Part shown: positions 38,208 through 47,619 of the stretch, piece by piece | Position numbering within the stretch: the stretch's first letter is position 1 | Layout of the letters: each line of letters begins with the position of its first letter | NCBI GenBank assembly: GCA_965221125.1 | Contig: CBDCRW010000004.1 | Coordinates: 544,001 to 608,000, forward strand | Reading direction: 5' to 3' | Length of the DNA stretch: 64,000 nt | Source of the DNA: Alphaproteobacteria bacterium | Lineage (GTDB): Bacteria; Pseudomonadota; Alphaproteobacteria; UBA828 | The notes under the pieces: generated by a model | The model's database searches: none | Told to the model about the DNA's origin: nothing | Seen by the model: only the letters and a program-made list of their open reading frames with translations | Made by a program: the position numbers and the translations under genes

Positions 38208-41200
38208 ATGATGACCGATGGTAACCGGAACGCAGGAACGCCCGTATCGCACGCCGCCGCGGATGGTCAGCGGCATTGCTCCCTTGGCGGCCGGAAATGG
38301 TTCCGGTCGTGGCTTGCCCCACTGGCCGGCGCCCGATCCGGTCTGCGAGCCCTGCTGCCGGTCTTGTTCGCATTCCTGCTGCTGGCCGGATGGACGTCCG
38401 GGGCCGGGGCAGTGACGCTCACCGCAAATCCCAGCTTTGTCTGCCAGGGCCAGACGGTGGACATAACCGTTTCCGGTCTGTCCGCCGGTGCATCGGATGT
38501 CTTTTATCTCGCTGGATCCAGCGGGACCGCGACTTCAGGAACCCACTACAGGATCCTGAACTCGGACGGCACTGAAATCAGTGACTACCAGGACGTAGCG
38601 GTCACCGCGGACGAAAACGGCAGATTTACCCTGCGGGTTCAAAACATCAGTGCAGATGGGAGCGCGGATTTTGAATCAGCCAACTACAATGACTTTGAAA
38701 TCATTTTTCATCCCTCCACACATGCCGACTGCGCCACCACCTCCGACGGCGTCACGGTCTCCCCGACTTCCCTTGCCCTGACCGAGCTCGGCTCGTCCAG
38801 CACCATCGAGAAGACCTACACGGTGGTCCTCGACACCGACCCGGGCGTCGACGTCACGATCACGGCGACCAACGGCGACGCCACCGCGGTCGAGGTGGAC
38901 ACCGACGCGGGCACGTCCGGCAACCAGAACACCCTGACCTTCACCCACGGCAACAGCGGCAACTGGAACACGGCGCAGACGGTGACGGTGCGGGCGCTGA
39001 ACGACCTCGACAGTGCGAACGAGTCCTTCAGCATCACGCACGCGGCGACCGCGGCGAGCGGCCCCTACAACGGCATCACCGTCGCCCCGGTGGCGGTGAC
39101 GACGGCCGACGCCGGCCACGGGGTGGTGGTGTCGAAGTCGAGCCTGTCGGTGGCGGCGAACGACGAGACGGACACCTACACGGTGGTTCTGAAGAGCGCA
39201 CCCGGCGGCACGGTGACGATTACGCCGACCTCGGGCGCGACGACGCGGGCGACGGTCTCGCCGGCCTCGCTCAGCTTCACCAACTCGGACTGGAACACGC
39301 CGAAGACCTTCACGGTGACCGGCAAGGGCCAGGGCTCGACCTCGATCAGCCATGCGGTGAGCACGGGCACGACGGCCTATCCGACGTCCCTGACGATTCC
39401 CGCCGTGTCGGTCACGGTGACGGCGGATTCGCGGCAGGTGCTGGACCTTTCGTTCAGTTCGAACAGCAATAACGAGGGTGTCTCCGCCATCCTGACCGTC
39501 ACCGCCACCGGCGGCTCCGGCAACGTGACGGTTACGGGCGGCACGGCGCTGCTGACCTTTTCGGGCGACGGCATCGCGTCTTCGGACTATTCAGTCACTA
39601 CGGCCTCCATCCTCGTCCTGTTTGGAGGCCCGCCCCCCTCCGCCCCTGTCGGCATCGACCTCGCCAGCGACAGCGTCGACGAGCCGAACGAGACGCTGGT
39701 TGTCGGCCTGCAGAACCTGCCGGCCGGCTACCGGGCCGGCACGACCGCCTCGGTCACGATCATCGACCGGAACCCCACCACGGTGACGCTGGCGGGCGGC
39801 GGCACGGTGACGGAGGACGGCGCGAACTCCGCGGACGTCACGGTGACGCTGAGCCGCAACCTGGTGGCCGGGGAGACGGTGACCGTGCCGCTGGCGATCA
39901 CGGGCGCCGGCATCGCGGCGGGCGACTACACGATCGCGCCGGCGCCGGGATCGAGCCTCAACAGGGGCGTGACGCTGAACACCTCGAACCCGCACAGCGC
40001 GGCGCAGCCGGCGGTGGTGTTCACGGGCCACGGCACGAACACGGTGCAGGTGGCGACGCTCCGGGTGACGGCGGTGCAGGACTCCACGGACGAGGGTGCG
40101 TCGGAGGCGCTCGCCGTGGGCTTCGGCAGCGGCAACCGGGCGGTCATGAGCAATCTCGACCGGGCGTCGGGCACCGGCACGACCGGCACCACGACGGCGG
40201 GCACGGCGACGGTGACGATCACCGACGACGACACGTCGGCGGTTCCGGAGGTCTCGATGGAGCTTCAGACCGGGGAGACCTCGAATCGCAACACCGCCGG
40301 GCAGCTGGAGCTTGTCGAGAGCGGGGGCGTGGACGGGGCGGTGTTCAACCTCAGCGCCGACAGCGTGCTGGTCTCGACCCTGACGGTGTGCCTGCGCCTG
40401 ACCGAGACCGGCGGCGACCTTGTGGCCGCGGCCGCGGAGGGCATCAGGACGGCCACGCTGACCAGCAGCGGCAACACCAACGGCGCCGGCATTTACACGC
40501 TCACCTGGGCGGGCGACACGGATGACGAGCGGAACAGCGTGGTGACGGCGACGCTGTTGGCGCCGGAGACGGCGGGCTGTTCGGCCGCGAACGGGACCTA
40601 CACGGTGGCGTCGGCGATGGCGTCGGACGCGGTGTTCATCGAGGACGACGACGCCACGACGGTCGAGCTCACGAGTTCCGACACGAGCATGGCGGAGGGC
40701 GACGCCTCGCAGACGGCGACGCTGACGTTCACGCTCGGGCGCCGGCTCCATGCGGGCGAGGTCCTGGTCGTGCCGTTCACGCTGGCGACGACGACGGGCG
40801 CGAGATTGCCCGGCCATTCGACGCCGGACTTCGCGGTGACGGCGGCGGGCACGGGGGTGACGATCGCGAGGCCCAACACGGCGACCCCGTCGGTGACCTT
40901 CACCGGCCACGGCACCGACACGGTGCGGACCGCGACGGTGACGCTGACGCCGGTGGCGAACCGGGACGACGGCGACACGGCGCGCGAGGAGATCGCGGCG
41001 ACGCTGGCGACCGACAGCGTGCTGGGTTCGACCGCGGGCACCGACACGACGGTCGGCGGCGGCGCCATGCGCCACGCGACGAACTTCGCGGTCGACCTGA
41101 CGCTGGAGGACGACGACGCGCCGGCCGGCGCCACCGAGCTGACGCTCACCCTGTCCTCGGCCTCGGCCCCGGAGGGGAGCGGCGGCACGCGCGACGTCAC

Positions 41201-44200
41201 CGTGACGGTCGCCAAGCCGGCGGGGTCGGCGCGGGTCAGCTACCGGCTGTGCTTCTCCGGCACCGCGACCCTGGACGAGGACGGCGAGCGGGCGCCGGGG
41301 GAGGACTACCGGGTCATCAAGTTCAACGGCGGTCAACAGACGGTGTTCCACGGCGGTCACATGGCGCTGTTCCACACGACGGGGGGCGCGCGCTGCGTCG
41401 GCGGCGGTTCCGTCACCTTCCTTGCGGGCGTGGACAGCCACGCCTGGCGGGTCCGGGTGTTCGGCGACGCCGTCAAGGAGAACGACGAGACGGTGGTGGT
41501 GACGCTCTCCGAGAGCGGGACCCCGCTGCCGGACGGCTGGTCGATATCCTCCGCGGGCAACCCCGCGACCCACACGATCGCCAACGACGACGCGCCGCAC
41601 GTCACGCTGCACGCCGTGGACCCGGTCGCGGTGGAGGGCAGCAGCACCGACACCGCCGCCATCGAGGTGCGCCTGAGCCACGCGCTCGAGGCCGGCGAGA
41701 CCCTGACGGTCAATCTGGACACGAACACCTTTATCTGGGGGAACTCCAGCCTGGACGGATCGCCGGCGGGCGTCGCCTACTCCAGACCGTCGGGCAGAGA
41801 GCACCGGCTGGTGTTCACCGGGCCGAGCGCCCCCGACCGGGCCCGGATCGTCCTTGAAGCGAGCGCGAACAGCGTGAGCGGCGACGGCCTCCAGAGCCGC
41901 GACCACTATGCGGAACTGACCAGCGTGACGGGTTACTCCGGCGCCACCCTGGACAGCCGGCAGGCGAGCCGGCAGTTCCTGCAGGTCATCGACAGCGCGT
42001 CCGCCGCGGGCCACGGCGTGACCCTGTCGGTGCATTCGTGGCCCGACGGCTCGATACGCGAGATCGGGGAGGGCGGCAAGGCGGTGCTCAAGGTCTCCGC
42101 CGCCGGCGGCAGGCCGGTATCGGTGACCGTCGCCGTGCAGCCGGTCACCGCGGACTTCGCCGACCTCGGCCGCGCGAGCGCGGGCGGCCACGGCCCCGGC
42201 GGCCCGGCGAACGCGACGGGCTGGGTCGCCTACAAGGAACGCGACGGGCACCAGGGCCTCGACCTCTACACGGTGAGCATCTTCGAGCAGCCCGCGCCCT
42301 CCGTGTACATGCAGATCCCCATCGTCGACGACGGCCAGGCCGAAGGGCCGGAGACCTTCCGTGCGTTCATCTACCGGACGCCGCCCGGCTACAAGGCGGG
42401 CGGCGGCCTCGCGGGCACGCGGGTGTCGACCGTCGAGTTCACCATCCCGGCAAGCGACGGCGGCCTGCCCCGGAACGCGGCCGCGGTCGAGGTCCCCGAC
42501 ACGCAGGTGGCGAACCTGAAGGTGACGAGGGTCGATGCGAGCACCGCCTCGGCGCGCTGGGACGCGGTCGCGCACGCCACCGGCTACGAGGTGGAGTGGG
42601 ACGCGCTCGACGGCAACGGGCGGTCGATCGCCGCCGGCCTCCACGCCGGCGTGACCGCCACGACGCAGACGATCGAACACCAGGCGCCGGGGGCGGCGTC
42701 GCTCAGGGTGACGGTGGCGCCGGAACATGTCGACGGCAACGGCGACACGCAGGTGCTGTCCGGCCTCGCGGCCACGGCGGTGCTCGACCTGTCGACGCCG
42801 CAGTCCGCGCAGGCGGATTCGATCCAGGCGGGCGCGGCGTCCTGCGACCTGGCGTCGGTGAAGGCGGACGTGAACCGCTATATCGGGGAGACGCAGTACG
42901 GCACGGCGCATGTGGCGCGCTGGAAGAAGGCGCTGGCCGGTCTGAACCGCGAGACCGGCGGCATGACCGCGGCCGGGGCGCGGCAGATGAAGGCGAAGTA
43001 TTCGCCGGGCCGCTGGCAGCCGGTGGTGGACGGCCTCGACTGCCTGGAGAAGGCCGCAACGCCGCAGGCGGAGACGCCGGCGGCGGTCCCCGAACTGAGC
43101 CTCGCGGCCGGTCCCGCCGTGGACGAGGGCGGCAACGCGGCGTTCACCGTCCATGCCGACCCGGCGCCGGCGGCGGAGCTGACCGTGGCCTTCACCGTCG
43201 CCCAGAGCGGCGAGTATCTGGACGCGCCCGGCGCGGGCAGCCGTCAGGTGACCCTGGCGGCGGGCGCCGCGAGCGCCACGCTCGCCATCGCCACGGCGGA
43301 CGACGGCGTGGACGAGCCCGACGGCTCGGTCGGCGTCACCCTCGATGCCGGCGCGGGCTACACCCTGGCGGCCGGCAAGGCGGGCGGCACGGTCGCGGTG
43401 CGCGACAACGACACGCCGGCGGTCAGCATCGCCGCCGGGAGCGGGGTGACGGAGGGAGCCCCGGCCGCGTTCACCCTCACGGCGAACCCGGCGCCGCATG
43501 CCGACCTGACGGTGACGCTGGCGGTGACCCAGAGCGGGGACTTCGCGGCTTCCGGCCAGACCGGCGCGCGGGAGGTCACGATCCCGACCGGGGGCAGCGC
43601 GTCCTTCGAGGTCGCGACGGTGAACGACAGCGCGGACGAGCCGGACGGCTCGGTCACGGCAACCGTCGCCGCCGGAACCGGCTACGCGGTGGCGGCCTCG
43701 CCGGACGACACGGCCTCGGTGGCGGTGGCGGACGACGACGCGGCGCCGGGGGCGCCCGCACTCGCCATCGGCGATGTGAGGGCCAATGAGGGCGACGGGT
43801 TCATGTGGTTCACGGTCACGCTGAGCCCGGCCTCGGACCGTCCGGTATCGGTCGATTACCATACCCGGGAGTCGAACCCGGTGTCGGCGCGCAAGGACAG
43901 CGACTTTCTCCAGGTCGATTTCGGGGGGGTCACGTTCAGTCCGGGCGAGACGAGCAAGCGGTTCTGGGTCTACCTGTTCGACGACAACCACGACGAGGAT
44001 CCGGAGACCTTCGAGGTCGCGCTGTCGCGCCCGACGGGTGGGGCGGTCATCGCCGACGGGGTGGCGGTGGGCACCATCGTCAACGACGACCCGATGCCGG
44101 CGGCGTGGCTGGCGCGCTTCGGGCGCACGGTGGCCGAGCAGGCGCTCGACGGCATCGCAAACCGCATCGCGGCGCCGCGCGAGGCCGGCGCCCGGGGCAC

Positions 44201-45671
44201 GCTCGCCGGGCAGGCGCTGAACCTCGGATCAAGTCCGAGGGCAGGGCCTGGGACGGGTTCGGGGTCTGACGGCGCGGCCGGTGGGCCAGGCGCGGCCAAC
44301 GATAACGCCGCAATGGGCAGCTTTTCCGCCGCCGGCGGCTTCGGAACGCCGGCCGGCCGCTTCGGCACGGTCGGCTTCGGCCACGACGACCATGGCTTCG
44401 GCCAGGGCTTCGCGCAATCCCGCACCATGACGGGGCTGGAGGCGCTGCTGGGATCGAGCTTCACGGCGACGGGGGAGACCGACGCCACCGGCGGCAGCCT
44501 CGCCTTCTGGGGCCGGGCGGCGCAGTCGAGCTTCGACGGCAGGGAAGGCGCCTTCTCGCTCGACGGCGAGGCGACCACCGCCATGCTGGGCGCGGACTAT
44601 GCGCGCGGCAGGTGGCTGGTCGGGCTCGCGCTGATGCAGAGTTCCGGCGAGGGCGGCTATGCCGATACCGGCGCCGATGCGCAGCCCTGTCCCGACGACG
44701 CGGAGGAGGATCTCTGCGACGGCGCGGTGCACGCGGGCGACGGCAAGGTGGAGGCGTCGCTGACGGCCGCCGTCCCCTACGCGGCCATCCAGGCGTCCGA
44801 ACGGCTCAGGCTCTGGGGCGCGGCGGGCCATGGCACGGGCGAGGTGACGCTCAAGCCGGAGACGGACGGATCGCTCAGCTCCGACATCTCCTGGACCATG
44901 GCGGCGGCCGGCGCGCGCGGCGACCTGCTGGCGCCGCCGGGTAGCAGCGGTCCGGCGCTGGCGTTGACCGCGGACGGCCTCTGGGCGCGGACCTCGTCCG
45001 AGAAGACGCACGAGCTTGCGGCGTCGGACTCCGACGTGACCCGGCTCAGGCTCGGTCTGGAGGGCAGCTACCGCATCGCCCTGGAGGAAGGCGGCCACAT
45101 CACGCCCAAGGCGGAGGTGGGCGCGCGCCATGACGGCGGCGACGCCGAGACCGGCTTCGGGGTGGAAGTCGGCGGCGGGCTGGTCTGGAGCGATCCGGGC
45201 CTGGGGCTCAGCCTCGACCTCTCGGGCCGCACGCTGGTCTCCCACAGCTCGGACGACCTGGAGGACCGGGGCTTCGCGGTCTCGCTCGCCTTCGATCCGA
45301 ACCCGGCGACGAAGCGGGGGCCGTCCTTCAGCCTGCGCCAGGACTGGGGCGGCTCGGCCGAGGGCGGGCTCGATGCGCTGTTCCGCGCCGACCCGCTCGC
45401 CGACCGCGCGGGGAGCGCCGAGCCGGAGAGCCGCTGGCAGGCCGAAGCGGCATACGGCTTCCCGGCCTTCTCCGGACGCTTCACCGGCAGCCCGCATGTG
45501 GGGCTGGGGCTCGCCACGGGCGCGCGCGACTACACGCTCGGCTGGCGGCTCTCGCCGGCGGCCAATGCCAACGCGCCCGAGGTGTCCTTCGGCGTGAAGG
45601 CGACGCGCCGGGAGAACGAGGGGGTCGAGCCGGAGCATACGGTCGGGTTCGAGGTCAACGCGCGCTGGTGA
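38208..45671 (+). CDS. Giant adhesin/autotransporter (~2,487 aa) with Calx-beta, FN3 and Ig-like repeats and a C-terminal beta-barrel
   Basis: GGAG RBS before ATG 38208; repeated xDDD and D..DE.DET Calx-beta motifs; AWLARFGRTVA linker; barrel motifs RLRLGLEGS, RHDGGDAETGFG; terminal W. Confidence 0.88.
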   Translation: MMTDGNRNAGTPVSHAAADGQRHCSLGGRKWFRSWLAPLAGARSGLRALLPVLFAFLLLAGWTSGAGAVTLTANPSFVCQGQTVDITVSGLSAGASDVFYLAGSSGTATSGTHYRILNSDGTEISDYQDVAVTADENGRFTLRVQNISADGSADFESANYNDFEIIFHPSTHADCATTSDGVTVSPTSLALTELGSSSTIEKTYTVVLDTDPGVDVTITATNGDATAVEVDTDAGTSGNQNTLTFTHGNSGNWNTAQTVTVRALNDLDSANESFSITHAATAASGPYNGITVAPVAVTTADAGHGVVVSKSSLSVAANDETDTYTVVLKSAPGGTVTITPTSGATTRATVSPASLSFTNSDWNTPKTFTVTGKGQGSTSISHAVSTGTTAYPTSLTIPAVSVTVTADSRQVLDLSFSSNSNNEGVSAILTVTATGGSGNVTVTGGTALLTFSGDGIASSDYSVTTASILVLFGGPPPSAPVGIDLASDSVDEPNETLVVGLQNLPAGYRAGTTASVTIIDRNPTTVTLAGGGTVTEDGANSADVTVTLSRNLVAGETVTVPLAITGAGIAAGDYTIAPAPGSSLNRGVTLNTSNPHSAAQPAVVFTGHGTNTVQVATLRVTAVQDSTDEGASEALAVGFGSGNRAVMSNLDRASGTGTTGTTTAGTATVTITDDDTSAVPEVSMELQTGETSNRNTAGQLELVESGGVDGAVFNLSADSVLVSTLTVCLRLTETGGDLVAAAAEGIRTATLTSSGNTNGAGIYTLTWAGDTDDERNSVVTATLLAPETAGCSAANGTYTVASAMASDAVFIEDDDATTVELTSSDTSMAEGDASQTATLTFTLGRRLHAGEVLVVPFTLATTTGARLPGHSTPDFAVTAAGTGVTIARPNTATPSVTFTGHGTDTVRTATVTLTPVANRDDGDTAREEIAATLATDSVLGSTAGTDTTVGGGAMRHATNFAVDLTLEDDDAPAGATELTLTLSSASAPEGSGGTRDVTVTVAKPAGSARVSYRLCFSGTATLDEDGERAPGEDYRVIKFNGGQQTVFHGGHMALFHTTGGARCVGGGSVTFLAGVDSHAWRVRVFGDAVKENDETVVVTLSESGTPLPDGWSISSAGNPATHTIANDDAPHVTLHAVDPVAVEGSSTDTAAIEVRLSHALEAGETLTVNLDTNTFIWGNSSLDGSPAGVAYSRPSGREHRLVFTGPSAPDRARIVLEASANSVSGDGLQSRDHYAELTSVTGYSGATLDSRQASRQFLQVIDSASAAGHGVTLSVHSWPDGSIREIGEGGKAVLKVSAAGGRPVSVTVAVQPVTADFADLGRASAGGHGPGGPANATGWVAYKERDGHQGLDLYTVSIFEQPAPSVYMQIPIVDDGQAEGPETFRAFIYRTPPGYKAGGGLAGTRVSTVEFTIPASDGGLPRNAAAVEVPDTQVANLKVTRVDASTASARWDAVAHATGYEVEWDALDGNGRSIAAGLHAGVTATTQTIEHQAPGAASLRVTVAPEHVDGNGDTQVLSGLAATAVLDLSTPQSAQADSIQAGAASCDLASVKADVNRYIGETQYGTAHVARWKKALAGLNRETGGMTAAGARQMKAKYSPGRWQPVVDGLDCLEKAATPQAETPAAVPELSLAAGPAVDEGGNAAFTVHADPAPAAELTVAFTVAQSGEYLDAPGAGSRQVTLAAGAASATLAIATADDGVDEPDGSVGVTLDAGAGYTLAAGKAGGTVAVRDNDTPAVSIAAGSGVTEGAPAAFTLTANPAPHADLTVTLAVTQSGDFAASGQTGAREVTIPTGGSASFEVATVNDSADEPDGSVTATVAAGTGYAVAASPDDTASVAVADDDAAPGAPALAIGDVRANEGDGFMWFTVTLSPASDRPVSVDYHTRESNPVSARKDSDFLQVDFGGVTFSPGETSKRFWVYLFDDNHDEDPETFEVALSRPTGGAVIADGVAVGTIVNDDPMPAAWLARFGRTVAEQALDGIANRIAAPREAGARGTLAGQALNLGSSPRAGPGTGSGSDGAAGGPGAANDNAAMGSFSAAGGFGTPAGRFGTVGFGHDDHGFGQGFAQSRTMTGLEALLGSSFTATGETDATGGSLAFWGRAAQSSFDGREGAFSLDGEATTAMLGADYARGRWLVGLALMQSSGEGGYADTGADAQPCPDDAEEDLCDGAVHAGDGKVEASLTAAVPYAAIQASERLRLWGAAGHGTGEVTLKPETDGSLSSDISWTMAAAGARGDLLAPPGSSGPALALTADGLWARTSSEKTHELAASDSDVTRLRLGLEGSYRIALEEGGHITPKAEVGARHDGGDAETGFGVEVGGGLVWSDPGLGLSLDLSGRTLVSHSSDDLEDRGFAVSLAFDPNPATKRGPSFSLRQDWGGSAEGGLDALFRADPLADRAGSAEPESRWQAEAAYGFPAFSGRFTGSPHVGLGLATGARDYTLGWRLSPAANANAPEVSFGVKATRRENEGVEPEHTVGFEVNARW

Positions 45672-45764
45672 GGCATGGCATGGGCCGATGACCGCGCCCG
45701 GGAGCGGAGACCGTCCGATGCGGCCTCCGCTCCGGCGGCGACGCCCGATCCCGGCGGCTGAGCC

Positions 45765-46471
45765 GTGGCGCGTCGGGTCGGCGGATGGGACGCGGTGCGG
45801 GCCTGGCGCTTCATCCGCGCGAGCAAGGCGTACCGCGCGGCCTGGGCGAAGCGTCTCCCGATGCCCGGTCTGCCCGAGCGGGCGCCGTTCCCGGTGCGGC
45901 TCCAGACGTCGGTCGATCTCGCCGCCATGGCCTGGGGCATGGCGGCCTTTGAAGATCCTTATGCGGAACGGCCGCTGGCGCCCTTCTGGACGCATGCCGG
46001 GGTGATCGACGGCCGGGTGACGCGCGATGCGCCGCCGCTGGTCCGGCTCGCGGCCGAGGGCGGGGCGACGCTTGACGGGCTCCGCCTCGCCGACGGCGCG
46101 CTGATGCTCCGGATCGAGCGGCCGGGCGTGTCGGTTTCGGTCCGCCTGCCGCGGGGCGCGGCGTTTCCCGACGATGGCGGGCTGCGCCTCGTCCTGGAAC
46201 GGGAGGTGGCCGCCATCGAGGACATCTGGGCGGGGTTCCCGGCCCCTCGATCGGGGCGGGCACGGGGGACGGGGACGGTGAGCTTCTGCTGGCGCTGGAA
46301 AGCGAGGCGGAGGGGCTCACGCAGAAGGACTATGCGCTGCGGCTCTGGACGCCGGAGCGGGTCGCGGAGGAATACTACACCGGCAGCTGGATGCATGAGC
46401 GCGTCAAGCGGCGCTTCGCCAGGGCAAGGGCGGTCCTGAAGCGGTATCGGGACATGGCGACGGGCAAGTAG
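45765..46471 (+). CDS. FseA-like transcriptional activator (DUF6499 + DUF2285) split by a -1 frameshift near 46260-46275
   Basis: Frame 0: AWRFIRASKAYRAAW...WGMAAFEDP. Frame -1: ELLLALESEAEGLTQKDYALRLWTPERVAEEYYTGSWMHERVKRRFARARAVLKRYRDMATGK* (TAG 46469-46471), which resembles the DUF2285 HTH. Confidence 0.72.
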
Positions 46472-46869
46472 TCCGCAGGACTCGGCGCGCCGGCTGCCGG
46501 TAAGCGCCGCGTTTTCGTTTCCGATTGAAATCGACGCGGAATCCCCGGTTCGGATCGACGAGACCGCCGGTGACGGTCACGCCGGGTGCATTTCATCCTT
46601 GTTTGTCCGAACCCGTCGAACGTCACCGTCGCGCTCGCCCGGCCGCCGCGGACGGTCGCGACGGGCGCTGGGCATCCACCGCCGATTCTCACTGTAGCCA
46701 CCGCTTCCCGCGCGGTCGCCGGCCTGGCCGAGTAACGGAGCCGTGCGGGCCGAACCGCGCCTGCCGATATCCCCCGCGCCGGACCGCCATGCGTCTCCAT
46801 GGAGGGGCAATCCGGTCCCGGCCCGGCCGGGGACCCGCCGCGAGCACATGGACGCGAATTCGCAGTCCC

Positions 46870-46945
46870 GGCGCCGATCGGCGGCGATCGGCGCCCGCTG
46901 GCGGTCAAACTGAGGGGCGTTTTTCTGCACCCGAAAATCGCCCCT
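46870..46945. repeat. Two adjacent inverted repeats upstream of the excisionase gene
   Basis: GGCGCCGATCG-N4-CGATCGGCGCC (46870-46895, perfect) and AGGGGCGTTTTTC-N7-GAAAATCGCCCCT (46913-46945, 12/13). Confidence 0.8.
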
Positions 46946-47033
46946 ACCCCTCCCCGCCCTTCTTCGCTCCGATGCCCGCACATGCGCCCCGAGCCCCGGG
47001 GCCGGTCGGGACAGGCAGCAACGGGAGACGGCA

Positions 47034-47261
47034 ATGACGGACGGGGAGACGATCTATCTGAACACGCGACAGGCGGCGGCGCATCTGGGGCTGTCGACGC
47101 GCACGCTGGACCGCTACCGGGTGTCGGGCGAAGGGCCGGTGTTCCTGCGCTTCGGCGGCCGGGTGCGCTATCTGCGCGAGGACCTCGACGCCTGGGCGAA
47201 GACGCGCCGGCGCAAGTCCACCTCCGACGACGGCACCGCGCTCGCCGGAGCGGGCCGGTGA
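47034..47261 (+). CDS. RdfS/AlpA-like excisionase (recombination directionality factor, winged HTH)
   Basis: YLNTRQAAAHLGLSTRTLDRYR..GEGPVF.RFGGRVRY...DLDAW...STSD; GGAG RBS. Confidence 0.87.
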   Translation: MTDGETIYLNTRQAAAHLGLSTRTLDRYRVSGEGPVFLRFGGRVRYLREDLDAWAKTRRRKSTSDDGTALAGAGR

Positions 47262-47299
47262 GGGGCGCCGCCGAACGGGCGGTTGCGGCGGCAGCCGGG

Positions 47300-47608
47300 A
47301 TGAACCGCACGGTCATCGCGCTGCGCGGTATCGGAACCATCGCGCTGGTGGCGACGGTCATGACGACCGGGTCCGATCTCGCGCTGGCGACCACGGACAC
47401 GACCTTCGACGCGCCGCTCGACACGGTGCAGGACATCGTGGGCGGCACGGGCGGCCAGCTGGCGGCGGCCTTGGCCGTCGGCGCGGCGCTGGTCGGCTCC
47501 GTGCTGCGCTTCAACGCCATGCAGCTGATGGGCGCGGTCGGGGTCGGCATCGCCGCGGGCGCAGGCACCGGCATCGTCACCGGCCTCGTCGGCACGGCGA
47601 TCGTCTGA
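47300..47608 (+). CDS. traA: Conjugative pilin (TraA/VirB2-like)
   Basis: Leader plus two hydrophobic helices, immediately before traL; alternative in-frame GTG start at 47258. Confidence 0.72.
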   Translation: MNRTVIALRGIGTIALVATVMTTGSDLALATTDTTFDAPLDTVQDIVGGTGGQLAAALAVGAALVGSVLRFNAMQLMGAVGVGIAAGAGTGIVTGLVGTAIV

Positions 47609-47619
47609 CGGGGCGTGCG

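Noticed and set aside
39591-43991. 1,466-aa minus-strand ORF and other long antisense ORFs (e.g. 11594..14341, 55016..57403, 61390..63870)
   Set aside because: Shadow frames of well-supported genes in high-GC DNA; Arg/Gly/Ala-rich with no motifs.
38208-45671. Diversity-generating retroelement target
   Set aside because: No reverse transcriptase and no template/variable repeat pair with adenine-specific differences in the window.
45759-45761. Selenocysteine at the in-frame TGA
   Set aside because: No redox-motif context or recognisable SECIS, and the upstream peptide looks like low-complexity linker.
45930-45945. Canonical FseA +1 frameshift at the WG codons
   Set aside because: The sequence is TGG GGC ATG and the conserved FEDP motif follows in the same frame, so no shift is needed here.
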